A DNA stretch of 63,737 nucleotides, the filler included, from Hyphochytrium catenoides (lineage: Eukaryota > Protista > Hyphochytriomycota), in assembly GCA_900088475.1 (NCBI GenBank). It is 13 parts of 13 records of this genome, joined end to end, with 100 filler letters (N's around TTAATTAATTAA, not from the genome) between each part and the next. Parts side by side here need not be neighbours in the genome. Positions count along the whole stretch, not along the records: positions 22,068 to 27,816 come from FLMG01001666.1; positions 27,917 to 29,103 come from FLMG01002471.1; positions 29,204 to 30,372 come from FLMG01002745.1; positions 30,473 to 34,900 come from FLMG01000302.1; positions 35,001 to 43,779 come from FLMG01002518.1; 8 more parts are not named here. One strand, given 5' to 3'. The position numbers and the translations under genes were made by a program. The notes beneath the pieces are model-generated. The model did no database searches. It worked only from the letters and a program-made list of their open reading frames with translations, and was not told the origin of the DNA. Below are positions 25,700 to 37,754 of the stretch, piece after piece (within the stretch, counting starts at the first letter, position 1; each line of letters starts with the position of its first letter).

Positions 25700-26250
25700 T
25701 AGTAAGAGTGTCGAGTTCTACTTCCTCATTTATGGGGTCACGCTCGTGCTCACTGCCGCAGTGTATTGCTTGCACATTCGTAACAAGCTCACACATTGTT
25801 GTGCCCTACCAGGCACCCTCTTCGAAGTTTCTACCCAGAGCTCAACTAAAGTGGCTGCAGACGATGGCCAAGTTATCAACGAGAGCTTGAGGTAAAGGAA
25901 AGCAGGACGAGAATCATCACGCAAGGGAAAGCTGAGAGGATCACACCAGAGTGTCCTCGGCTATGAGTGGCGGAAGTACTGAAAGGATATTAGAGACAAC
26001 GAAGAAGGGGATCAGTGCTAACTCTCTCTCTCTCTTAACTTTCATAGAACGTTTTGGCGGGAGGTACTCCAGCGGCCGGACGGCGAGCTGAAGGCAGTAA
26101 ACATTTTCGGTTACCAGAAGCTGCAGGTTCTGATGCTTGCGCGGCGCCGAAACCTTGAAGATGTCTGCTCCGTCGACGGTGAGTCGCATCTCTTTCTCAT
26201 TTCGTCATACCTGCTGCTGTGGAGTACCTGCAGACCCTCTAGTCACTGAC
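25700..26250 (-). mobile_element. Possible decayed non-LTR retrotransposon endonuclease (APE-like) fragment
   Basis: The minus-strand peptide ...LQLLVTENVYCLQLAV...EYLPP...ILSVLPPLIAEDTLV* resembles the YLPP ... (hydrophobic)GDxN spacing of LINE endonucleases, but the GDxN core is destroyed. The context is intronless and stop-ridden. Confidence 0.3.
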
Positions 26251-27968
26251 TAGTCTCGCCTAGGTTGCTGGAACGTTGTTGGGACGGCTCAAAGCTCATC
26301 TTTCTGTTACCAACACCTGCCAAGCTCATCAGCCGCGGATTGTGGAGGAAAACGGCAAATGATCACTCGAACGGCGTTCAGCTCCTCCTCAACAGTCCCA
26401 TCATCTAGGTGCCGAACCTCTGTTCAGCCATATCTTGTTGCTTTTGTGCCTCTTCCCTCTGCTTGATTTGGAGCGCATTCTTTGTTAGTCAATGTCTTTC
26501 GTTCACCCTCCTTTACCCTATTACTCCCTTTAGGAAGGAGGCGCCAGATGCTGCGCTGACTGCACTGAGGGATAGAAAGGCCTCCAGGCTGCTGGCACTA
26601 TGGCCTGCCATTCTAAACTCCATCAGGAAAGTGAACGGGAAGGCTGCACGAGCGAAAAGGTTTGATTCCATTCTAACTGGTTACCGGCGCCACTCATAGC
26701 TCCAAACGCTGACCGACCCCATCGTAGTTTTCACCTGCGGACTCCTTCTTACCCCTCCCTCAGCCATCCATCGAGCTTTGGTCCCGCGCAGGAGAGGGCT
26801 GTTTGTCCTCAAGAATCTTGCGGCTTTAGTCACGAGAATTCTTCGCCCTGGCTAACCCAGGGCCCTACTCTGAGCGGAAAGGAAGATTTGAAGAGCAAGG
26901 AGACAGAGAGACCTCTTACAGAGGCTGAATGGAGGAGAATATTATTGGAAGAGCTGGAAAGTAGGCCATGCGAGGAGAAGAAGGGTAAGCTTGTTACCAG
27001 ACTGGGTTAACAGACGTAAAGGTTCACTAACAGCTTTCCCTCTCCCATTTCCTCCCTGCGGAGTCTCTTTGTGCCTTTGCTGCCAAGGAGATAATATCTC
27101 CTGCTCTTGCTAGCATGCATGTGTCCTGTCTGTGTGACCCACACTAACTCTAAGTTCTGATCGCACGATTGGCTACCAGGGAACCTTATGGCGCCGATAA
27201 CTGGATTGGAATCCGTCACCCGCAACCCTGCATTGCAGGTTCCGCTATCAATGGAGGTAGAGGCAGCTGCTCTGCTTATCCATTTCTTCTCCGCTTCGTC
27301 GTTGAATGGGCTGATCCATATCCTTTGTTCATTAACGGTCCCTTCTTGCCAGGAGCTGACCAAACTATGGGAGTTTGGGGAGGGACAGCAGGTAGAATCT
27401 GGGGCCCAGGAGCTCCACGATGAGGACACCAATCAGGCTGACCAGGATAGCAGCAGTTGGGAGGCCAAGGAGGAGGCAGAGATAGCCACATTGGTGACCT
27501 CAAGGAAAGAGCCCGAAGGGCGACAGAAGAGCCCAGTCTTTGAACGTCCAGAGCTCGCGGAGCCTGTCATCGGCGTGTTCCTCGACGACGAGTTAGCAGG
27601 AAACAATCAGGACGCTGAAGGCTGATGGATTGGACGCGGCCTCACGTTAATAGGCTCTCTCTCCCCTAGCTGGCTATGTTTACTTCTCTGCTTTCTGGTC
27701 AACGTCCAGGGCCTTTTGGACTTCGCTACAGATCCTTTTGAGGGCTTGGAAGTCTGGGCGGCAACTCTAAATGAAGGGCGGGCGGGCAAAGAGTTTGGGC
27801 ACTAAGATGATATGTGNNNNNNNNNNNNNNNNNNNNNNNNNNNNNNNNNNNNNNNNNNNNTTAATTAATTAANNNNNNNNNNNNNNNNNNNNNNNNNNNN
27901 NNNNNNNNNNNNNNNNACCATTGGCACGGTGGATGCTAAGCATCGCACCGCTCATATAAGTAGGCGGA

Positions 27969-28723
27969 ACCATGCTCCAGCTTCAAAATGAAGAGTCGTG
28001 TACTTCAGCAGTAAGTAGTTGTTCAAGTAGAGTTATTCACAAGCATCGTAGCCTTTCTTATCATACAGTTGGTGCCACGGTGCTGCGTATTAGCGCACGG
28101 AACTAGCCTGGGATCGCCATAGATGCAGCCTTAGCTGGCTAGAAATCCGCCTCGATAGCCACCTTTAGGCCGGCCTTCTATGTCTGCCTTAAATGCTCGT
28201 GTAATTGAAGGTAGGGGGGTCGCCGATTGTGGCCAGCGATGACCCAGTGTTAGGTGCCAGCCTGAAACCAGCATAAGTGCCCTCTTTCACGCGAATTCTG
28301 TTTGATCCCACTTGGTGCCAGCGATGGTTACTGCCTTGGTCTGAGCCTAGGTTCCCAGTCTCAGAGGCAGCCCTACAAACCAGCCCGGGTACCAGCCTTT
28401 GGGCGATTTGTCATCATAACATCACAAGAGACAAAAAGGAACATTGTCATCTGCAAAATATTTAGGGCATTCTGGGTGCGTAATAAGAGATGGAGGTCCT
28501 TGCTCTTTCTCGATAAGCTTGGACCAGCACCGCTTCGGTCGGGCGCAATCAAGTCCAGAAGCAGGAGCACTGACGCTCTTTATACAGGCAACACCGTGCT
28601 CCAGTTTTAACACGAAGAGTCGTGTACTTCCAGCAGTAAGTAGTTGTTCAAGTAGAGTTGTTCACAGGCACCTTAGCCTTCCTTATCATACATTGGTGCC
28701 ATGGTGCTGCATATTAGCGCACG
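27969..28723. repeat. Diverged ~130-bp direct repeat pair (27969-28099 and 28593-28723) within probable LINE-derived DNA
   Basis: Both copies share tgctccag...gaagagtcgtgtactt(c)cagcagtaagtagttgttcaagtagagtt(a/g)ttcaca...ttggtgcca(c/t)ggtgctgc(g/a)tattagcgcacg. The minus strand nearby gives KLEHG and LHLLLRTQNAL, reminiscent of the LEYG...QNxAL region after LINE RT. Confidence 0.8.
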
Positions 28724-29499
28724 TGCCTGTGTCAGTCCTCCCAGTTTATGTAGCAATCTTTACAGGAAGTAGCGGCATCGTTTCTTCTTTCAAAGGGCAA
28801 GGAGTGTCGGTCTAAAACAGCATTGTTGGTAGGCTAAAGAAACAAGGGCTAGACACGTTAGTATAGGCTGATCTTACCTTGCGGTCTGCATGGGCAGGAT
28901 CAGACACAGAAGGCGGGCCTCGTACCACTGAGAAGCGTGGTAATGTCTACAATCACGTGCTAACTCAAATCTATTGAGATTCTTTGTAGTAGGTGACATG
29001 GCACCAGCTAGGAGTTTAGCTGAGTGCTCGTTGAGAGGTAGTGTGGGACTTGTGCTCTTCGTAGGAGATTGATGAATGAATTAGTTTGATCGAAGTGACC
29101 AAGNNNNNNNNNNNNNNNNNNNNNNNNNNNNNNNNNNNNNNNNNNNNTTAATTAATTAANNNNNNNNNNNNNNNNNNNNNNNNNNNNNNNNNNNNNNNNN
29201 NNNGCACTCGGAAGCTCTCTCAGGGGTCTCCCGCTTGTTGATAAGGTAATGTGGTGCCCCTATGTCATCAGTGGAAGCTCCTTCTCCATCACTGGAAGTC
29301 CCTTCTCCACACAGATGTTGGACTTGGTTTGGAGAGACACTGGTTAGACCCGTATGGCATTGAAGCAATCTCTACTTTCGTTGTGCTTTTCAAATGCGAT
29401 GACCTAGGGGGAAATATTAAGTAGATCTGTCTTCACTTGCAGATCTCAGCCTAATGAGCTGCAGCTGGCATCCATCACGGCTTTACGTTCGTCCTACAG

Positions 29500-30370
29500 C
29501 CCCTTCTGCAGCAGCGTTCTGAGCGCCTGGCTCCGGTTTAAAGCGGGAGGAGTGAGAGCCCATTACCAAGGACTCATAGATAAAGGCTTGCAAGGGCAAG
29601 TGGATGATGGTGAGCTGGGCTTCAAGATGGACTCTTCCTTTCTGTGGCTGTCATGATTGAAATGATAGCAAAGATGATGCTTTGTCAATTTGTAGGAGGT
29701 CAATCTGGGGTCAAGCCTAGGATGGCTATCAGATTGCCGTCTTAAGCAATAACTCTTCTTTGGTGTGGCTAAGCTCTGATTCTGTGTAGACCTAACTAAC
29801 GCCCTGCACCACTTGGAGCATATGGAGCAGTCTCGCGTGATCCAGAAACGGCGGTTGACTGAAGCTGACTTCTGGCTGGACAATGACGTAAGTAAGAGAA
29901 AAGCAAGAAGGACAGATTTGACTGCTATGCTACTATGCAGCACTCTCGGACCTTATCCGCCCAGTGCGTAGCTTCTCTTGGACTGCGAGCTCCCTTACGA
30001 AATGGCTCTAGTCATGTCCTTTGCTGCGTACGATTTAGCCCACTGCAATCTCCTTTTCACTGTTGCTGTCTGCCTTCCGTTAACCCCTCCCTATCTGGGT
30101 ACCTACGCTTCCCCTCTGCCCGCACCTCGTCTCTACTGCGCAGATGCAGACAGCTATGAAGCGGCTCTTTAGCCACAAAAAGGTGTCAGACCTGCATCTG
30201 CCCATGCTCAAGGCTCTATTAACAAGGAAAATTTAGAGCCCTCCTCTCACGACAGGTGTGAGGAGTCTCTAGGAAAGTTCGATCACCAGCAGAAGAACTT
30301 TGAGACAGACGTAACGACATGAGCTGCGCCATAAAAGGGCAGCCACAGGAACCCATTGTGGGCAATCCAG
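29500..30370 (-). mobile_element. Possible decayed LINE ORF2 (RT C-terminal region)
   Basis: Broken frames give IVRSK, SASVNRRF, DCS and RLDPRL in the order expected after a non-LTR RT domain. There are many stops and no intact YADD. Confidence 0.3.
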
Positions 30371-30474
30371 TCNNNNNNNNNNNNNNNNNNNNNNNNNNNN
30401 NNNNNNNNNNNNNNNNTTAATTAATTAANNNNNNNNNNNNNNNNNNNNNNNNNNNNNNNNNNNNNNNNNNNNCG

Positions 30475-30878
30475 TTACTTGGGCAAGGACTGAGTCCACG
30501 AACTGAGTGGCCACACTTCTCCTCCTGTGGATGAGAGCTTGTCGCCCCCACTGAAACCTGATCCAGTTAAAGGAAGGCAGCAGAGAGAGCAGCCGGGAAG
30601 GGAAAGAAAGGTAGGAGCAAAGAGCAGCAAAAAGATGACTGAGACATGAGGAGCCGTAGAAAGATGTGAGACAGATAAGCGAGAGACGCAAGGTAGAGAG
30701 AGGAAAGGAGAGGAAGAGAGAGAGCTAAACCTGTTGCATGGTCGGCAGCTGGGAAGTATAGAGAGAAAGGTGTCTTTCTGTTCGAGGAGATGCTGTCACT
30801 AGGGACAAAGACCTCACAGGATTAGGAGGAAAGCGTGGGTGGCCACTCAGATGCTGGACTCAATACTTGTCCAAGTAA
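30475..30878. repeat. 40-bp imperfect inverted repeat (30475-30514 / 30839-30878) around a ~324-bp spacer
   Basis: ttacttgggcaaggactgagtccacgaactgagtggccac versus the reverse complement of the right arm, ttacttggacaagtattgagtccagcatctgagtggccac: 34/40 identical by manual alignment. Confidence 0.85.
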
Positions 30879-31403
30879 TAAGCAAGCGCCATGAGAAGGA
30901 GGAGCAAAAAGAGGACGACAAAGACCATTGGGGCTGCAGAGCAACAGAAGGACGTAGATCTCTCTCTCTCTCTCTCTATTTATCTCTCTCTCTCTTTATC
31001 TACCTCTCTGTCTTTCTATCTGTCTCTACCGCTTTCTCTCTATCTATTTCTCTCCCTCTCTCTCTCCCTCGCTCTCTCCCTCTCTCTACCTCGCTCTCTA
31101 CCTCTACCTCACCTGTTGTTGATATACCTCCTCCTTAATTGACACCACTGAGGATAGCAGAGTCTCCCGTCATTGGTTGTCTCGCTCCTCTGGAATCTCC
31201 ACTGTACAAGACAGCGGGAGAGAGAGACAGAGAGAGACAGAGGGAGGGAGAGATGAGGAGTCGTATGGGCGACAGTCAGGGCAACAGGACAGACGGCGAA
31301 ATCGCATTGCAGGCGGCAGGAGGAGGTCAGGAGAGGAATTGGAACTAACAGCAGGTAGAAGAGCACGTCGTTCTTGGCTGTTCAAGATGAGATCTTCGCC
31401 ACG

Positions 31404-31449
31404 TCATGAACCGTGCTTTGTACAGTGTGAGAGAGCAAAAGAGCAGGAG

Positions 31450-31502
<53 letters not shown>

Positions 31503-33290
31503 CAGAGAGACAGAGAGAGAGAGACAGAGAGAGAGAGACAGAGAGAGAGAGAGGTGAACTGTTATGGGGAGCATGAGTCTATCTTTATCTATCACCTGTA
31601 CTTCATCCTGCAGCTGGAGCAGAACAGATGAGGAAGTAGTGCAAACGAGAGAGATTGTCCTTTCCTCAGCCGAAGACAGAGATGTTGGAAGACGGAGAGA
31701 GACTTGAGCTGTCTCTCCCTCCAGTTCCCAGTCTAAGAGCTCCACTACTGCTGCCTCAGACTTTGTATACTCCTTAGCAGCCACAGCAGCCAGCGATGAT
31801 GGAGGAGGAGTGAGCAGGACGTTGAGCTCTCTGGACCTTCATCACTGGTACTTGGGCCACAGCTTCCCTCGCCAGGAGAGAAGTTGAGAGAAGAAAGTTC
31901 CAGCGGGACCAGATCGTCTCTCTTCTTTCTCGTCTCACAACAGCCACCGCAACCTAGTTGCAGAAGAGAGGGAGACGAGACACTCAAGCAAGAGAGAAAG
32001 AGATCTACCCTCTTTACCCTGCCCGTCCACCACGCTGTCGTCAGCTCTTCGACAGAGAAAACGAGATGCAGCCCACCAGCGGTAAGGATTTGCTCTCTCC
32101 TCGCTCAATTCAGACACATGTGCAGCCAGCTCTGCAGAGAGAGTAGGAGAAATTCTTCCCTCTACGAAACGCTGTGCTCTTGTTTGTCTCTCTGCTATCA
32201 GTGAGAAAAGTTCCTGAAACAAAAGAGAGAGATGTTGACGTCTTCTCTTTTCCGTTAGAGCAGCTATAGCTGCAGCTGCGGCAGGAGGCAGCTCCGCCAG
32301 AAGAGAGTGCAAAGTTCGTTGTACTCTGTCTCTCCCTTCTTTAGTAGGAATAATTTCCTGATGTGCTTTGCGGAGTTCTGTCAACAGAAGTCTTTCCCTA
32401 GCTTCTTTCTCTTCCAGTCTGTGGACAAACCTTTCGCCCGCTGCTGGCATCAGATTCTGCTGGCAGCTTTCCCAGCGGCAGCAAGTGTTATCTTCTCTCT
32501 CCTTAGAAGACTGTCTTTAGCTACCTGCTGGAGTCCTCTATGAAGAAGATGAAATTTGACGGTGGAGAGGAATATAATAGCTCTCTCTTCCCACAGTTCT
32601 GCTCACCGCGCGGCGGCCTGGGCCATTTGGTGGAGAGAGAGACAGACAAGGCGGAAGCATTGTGAGAGGGAGAGGAGAGGAACGAGTAGGTGAATTTCCT
32701 ATTCGCCCGTTCAGCGCCGCTAAGAGAAGCTTTTCCTGGAGGATGGAAGAGAGTAATAAAGGATAGCAGCCTCTCTCTCTTGGTTGCGGTGGGCGGTAGG
32801 TCACTACCTCGAGAGTAGTCACACAATTCACGAGGAGAGGGGGACATAGAGGTGATGCGCTGATGAGCCCGGGGAGAACGGACTGCTGGCTGTCGGTCTA
32901 AAGGAAGAGCCTTCCCTCATGGCTCTTACTGCCTCCAGGAGGCCAAAGAAAGAAAGTGAGGAAAGAAACCTTGTTGGAGAGAAGATGGTAAGAAGAGATG
33001 CGCAAGAGAGGAAAAGAGAACGGCGATCCGATCTGTGTTCTTCAACTTTTGGTGAGGGAGGGAGAGAGAGAGAGAGAGAGAAAGACATGTGGGCCCTATA
33101 GTGGCAGAGCTATGACAAGCTGAACGCAATCGTCTCTAGTAATCCACAAGTGAAGGACAGAGACTGGCGATCGTTGAGATGTTCAAGCTTCCCCAGATGA
33201 ACACTCGTTGTGATCTTCGCATACCTCCGCGATTTCTTGGACGTGGATTGAAGGACGGCAGGGCCCTTGCCAAGGGCCGTCCTCATTTGG
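31404..33290 (-). CDS. Hypothetical multi-exon protein with coiled-coil segment
   Basis: Non-repetitive open stretches (ERFVHRLEEKEARERLLLTELRKAHQE...; AAKEYTKSEAAVVELLDWELEG...) are flanked by CT-rich intron-like tracts on the minus strand. Exon structure and ends are unresolved and no family was recognised. Confidence 0.4.
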
Positions 33291-34574
33291 CTGTGTAGAA
33301 AGGGCCTAAGTAGGAGAGAGAGAGAGAGAGAGCGAGCGAGCGCGAGAGAGAGAGAGAGAGAGAGAGAAGGGAGGGAGAGAGAACAGGGACAAAGGGTAGA
33401 CAGAGAGAACGGCATGAAAGCCGAGAGCGAGTCTAACGGATCTTTTGGAAGAATTCATTCCTTTCCAGGTCTATTACTCTCCCCGGGCAGCTTGTTGGCC
33501 GTCTTCTCAGTTGAATAATTCCACTCTTCTCTTCTCTGTCACTCTCTCTGGCGGCCGCCCGCCTGCCTAGTCTGCCGTTGGCTCCTCTAAGCGGATCTTC
33601 CGCTTATTATCTCTCCTCATCAAATTCAAACTTGCTTCTCGCCTCGCATGGGCTCTGTCTCTTGCTTCATCCGTAGGATAACCCCTTCAGCTTCGTCTCT
33701 ATCTCTCCGCTCTTTCTCTTCCAATCTTGGTTCCTTCTTCTCTCTGTCTCGCGGGTCCTGGGAAGTGAAGGGTCACACAGACTGCCTTTCTGTCTCTACT
33801 ACTGTTTTACCAGCAGCAGACCACTGCTCGTTCTCGCTGTCCTCTCACTCTGTCTTGCGCCTCTCTGTCTGCCTGGCGCTTGTGCTTCTGTCTGATTGTT
33901 TCTCTTCTTTATGGCTTCCTCATTGGTATGTTACATTGGAAAACTATTGTACCTCGTGCTTCACTTCCGCCCTATCTCTGCTGTCACTCTGTCTCACTTC
34001 TCTCTCTGTCTCTTCTATAGATAGCGGGTACCATATCCCTAACATATATACAGGGCCTCCCTTCCCCTCCCTCCCTGTCTCTCCCTCCCGTCTAGTAACC
34101 GCCCACATAAGACCTCTCGGAGCCCTTCGGCCTAAATAAATGTAGGGGGATAAACGAAAGGAGTGATAACAATATCCAATGACGAAAACAGGAAAGTTGG
34201 TGGTGTCTGTACCAAACTACACATATTGGTGCCTCTACAACCAAAGAGCTGGCAACTAGAACTTGGCCAGACCCTAGGGAACCATGGGTGCCCCGAGATT
34301 AGCTCCATCACTCTGAAGATAACAGTCCTGCCATCCGAGGCTCACGAAAAAAATCATAAAACTGTAGTTGGAGAGTAATAGTTGATGCTAGAGAAAAAGA
34401 GATGAGGAAGCTCCCTCCCTTCTCTCGCCTCTCCAGTCTCTTCAGAATCAACTATTCGTCTCGTCCTCTTTCTCTCTTTCTTGCTCTCTCTCTCTCTTTT
34501 GCTCTCTCTCTCTCTCTCTCTCTGTGTCTCTCTCTCACTTTTTCTCTCTCTCTGTGTCTCTCTCTCTCTGTGTG

Positions 34575-34616
<42 letters not shown>

Positions 34617-35014
34617 TTTTTATCTCTCTCTTTCCCCCTTTCTCTCACTCTCTCCCCATTTCTCTCTCCCTAGCGCTTTCTCGAAGCTGTATGACATAAT
34701 AACTCACTTTCCGTCTCTTCCGTGGAGTTTGATCGTCCCGAAGATCATCACTCTCTCTTCTCTAGCGCGATGGTTAGGACAAGGCGATCTGCTTGTATTA
34801 TGTCTCTCTTTTACTTCGTCTTTGAGACTAAAGCCTAAGGGCTTTCTTCTCTCTAGCTAGAAAGTGAATACAGCGACCAACGTTCTCTCTCTTTTTCGGA
34901 NNNNNNNNNNNNNNNNNNNNNNNNNNNNNNNNNNNNNNNNNNNNTTAATTAATTAANNNNNNNNNNNNNNNNNNNNNNNNNNNNNNNNNNNNNNNNNNNN
35001 TCTTTCTCTCTCTT

Positions 35015-35046
<32 letters not shown>

Positions 35047-35237
35047 TTTTCTCTCTCTCCCTTGCCGCAACTGTCGCCCACCCACCTTATACTCTAGAAT
35101 TTACAAAATCTATCAACAACTGGTCAAATGTAGCCGGTAACGACGTTAGCTGATGACCCATCCGTCCTTTGTCAGTTTCAGGAGCTGGATCCCCATCATC
35201 TGCCCAAGATTCTCAGTTCCCACATCAGAAGCTGAAA

Positions 35238-35280
<43 letters not shown>

Positions 35281-35478
35281 GTGTGAGAGAGAGAGAGAGA
35301 GGGTGTGTGAGAGAGAGAGGGGCCGCAAGAGTGACATATGAACATGGAGGGCTTTGGAGAGAGAGCTAAAGAAGGGAGGAGATCTGACGACACAATGTGG
35401 CTACTTCTGCATCATACATTGTGTCCGTTCGATCCTTGAGGCTGGTGATGGGCGACACACCCTTTGATCTGTCCTAAT

Positions 35479-35518
<40 letters not shown>

Positions 35519-35788
35519 ATACACANNNNNNNNNNNNNNNNNNGCGCCAGTCAGAGACGGAGGACCTGACATTGACCTGCTATTCACAGAAAAGAGACAA
35601 GAGGAGAGACAAAGGGAATACAAGGCCAGAGGAAATGGCCCTGAGCAGCCTTAAGAAGCCACTCTTATATTTACCTCCAGGCACACAGCAGACCAGCGCC
35701 ACTTCCTACCGCCCCCTCCACACGCGGCAAGAAACTGCTAAGCCACCTTCTCTCGCGGCACGAGCTGTCTTCTCTCCCGCGTGGAAAG

Positions 35789-37063
35789 ATGGTCTCATAT
35801 CGCGTACTCGCGGGCTACACCGCCCTCATCCTCCTCTCTGCCAGCCAAGTGACAGACGCCCATTTTCAAGGGAAGGGACTCACGGGAAATGATGACGACG
35901 ATCACTCTTTTTCTCTCTCTCCTGAGCCGCCAAAGAGAGTCACGGAGCACTCTCCTTCTTACGGAAAGAAGAAAGGTTGCGACAAGAGCAAGACAGAGGA
36001 ACCCGTGACCTCCCTCTCTCCTCCTGCCGAGGACTCTTTCACTCCCCCTGAAAGTGACGGTGAAGGAGGAGAAGAGACACAGCCTCCTTTCCCTTCTCCC
36101 CAAAACCCTACCACTTCTCCCCCCGCCTCTTCTCCTTCTCCTGCGTCTCCGCCATCTCCTCCTTCTCCGTCATCTCCTCCTTCTCCTCCAGCCCCTGCCC
36201 CAGCCCCTGTCAGCGGCTCATTTGGTCCTGCTTCCCCTGTCAATGCGATGACGCCAGCATTTGCTGCGCACCTCGTGGCTCACACTTCCTTGATTAGACA
36301 ATGGCATAACCTGCCCTCTGTCACGTGGAACGATGAGCTGGCGCAGAAGGTCCAAGCATACGCTAACACTTGCCCGGGCTTCAAGCACAGCACGCTAGGT
36401 TGGGAGAACCTGGCCACTTTTGCTGGGAGATGTGAGACAGAGGCGGACTGCCAGAGCAAGTACAGTCCCGTGTGGCTCTGGTATGACAAGGAAGAGACAA
36501 TGTGGAACTATGGAGCCAAGGCGTGCAATACTGGGAACTGGTACGACTGCGGGCACTTCTCTAACCTGATGGCGCCCTCTGTCTCGCAGATTGGCTGCGG
36601 CGCTTCTACTTGTGGCAATGGAAACTACGTCTGGTGCAATTATCTCACTCCAGTCAGCAACCCCGCTGTGCCTCTTGGTAAGGGTCCTAAGGCTACTCTG
36701 TGCCAGGAGCTAGGCCAGTGCAAACCAAACACTGCGTCTTTCGCTGTTGAAGACTCGACGTCTCAAGAGGGAGAGTCAGAAGGAGAGAACACCGACGTCC
36801 AGCAGAATCAAGGGGGCGAGCTCGTCTCTTCCCTTCCGTGGATTGGTCTCGGAGTTGGCCTTGTGGCGACAGTTCTTCTGATCTCTCTAGTGGTCCATCG
36901 AATCAGAACACGGGCTCGGAGGGCTTCTGTCTCACTCACTCCTGGAACGGAAAGACGGCTCTCTACGGTCCTTTCAACGCCTGCAGAGGCGACATACACG
37001 CCCCAGACTCAGACTGCCGCGTTCAGTACCCTAGACATTAAAACTCCAATGGAAGAAGTCTAA
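35789..37063 (+). CDS. CAP superfamily (SCP/PR-1/antigen 5) protein with signal peptide, Pro/Ser-rich region, C-terminal TM helix and cytoplasmic tail; single exon, 424 aa
   Basis: The N-terminus is hydrophobic (VLAGYTALILLSASQVTDA), followed by PASPPSPPSPSSPPSPP. CAP core: RQWHNLPSVTWNDELAQKVQAYANTC...HS...WENLA...WYDKEE...CGHFSNL...IGCG...YVWCNY. TM segment WIGLGVGLVATVLLISLVV is followed by basic HRIRTRARR. Confidence 0.92.
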   Translation: MVSYRVLAGYTALILLSASQVTDAHFQGKGLTGNDDDDHSFSLSPEPPKRVTEHSPSYGKKKGCDKSKTEEPVTSLSPPAEDSFTPPESDGEGGEETQPPFPSPQNPTTSPPASSPSPASPPSPPSPSSPPSPPAPAPAPVSGSFGPASPVNAMTPAFAAHLVAHTSLIRQWHNLPSVTWNDELAQKVQAYANTCPGFKHSTLGWENLATFAGRCETEADCQSKYSPVWLWYDKEETMWNYGAKACNTGNWYDCGHFSNLMAPSVSQIGCGASTCGNGNYVWCNYLTPVSNPAVPLGKGPKATLCQELGQCKPNTASFAVEDSTSQEGESEGENTDVQQNQGGELVSSLPWIGLGVGLVATVLLISLVVHRIRTRARRASVSLTPGTERRLSTVLSTPAEATYTPQTQTAAFSTLDIKTPMEEV

Positions 37064-37754
37064 GTGTTTTCATTGTTTCTTTTCTTAGGGTACGAGAGTT
37101 ACCTTGGTTCTTCCTCTTCTACGAGCTGGTGCGGAGAGAGAGAGAGGGAAAGAGAAATGCCTCTCCCCTTTGTTGCCTTCCTCACTGGACAGCAGAGATG
37201 CGTTGCTGCATAGATTCTAGGAGTCTTCGCTAGTACCATTCATGTCCTATGTATAATAAACATTCGTTCCATGTCCTAGCCGTCTGCCCAGTTTAGAGGT
37301 TTCCGTCACTCGCATGAGTCAAACATACCTCCCGCGCTGGCCTGATATCGGAGAGTACTAGCCTGGGGCTTGAACTAAGTATGAGAGTTCTCCCCTAGCC
37401 TTCGGCTATAAGACTGTCCTCCCATCCCAGGCGTTGGACAGCATCCTCGCAGTTACTTTTGCTTCACCGTAGTAAGTTGTATCCGAACAATAAATAACTC
37501 GTTTTACAGCTCAATATGGCCCGGGACCCATAACTGCTATAAAATCTCTCTCTTCTCGCCATTCCTTACGACGTCTATGGACGGAGGGAAAAAGAGAGCA
37601 ACACTAACAGCCGTGACACACTGTCCGACGGGAAAGGAGGAAGGAAGGTAAGCGAGAGGAGGGAGGAGGCCGAGGCACAAAAGGGGAAAGGAACAGAGGG
37701 AGAAAAGTGATGATGAGGCCCTTGGGTCTCCAATCTCCAGACAACGGAGAGCAT

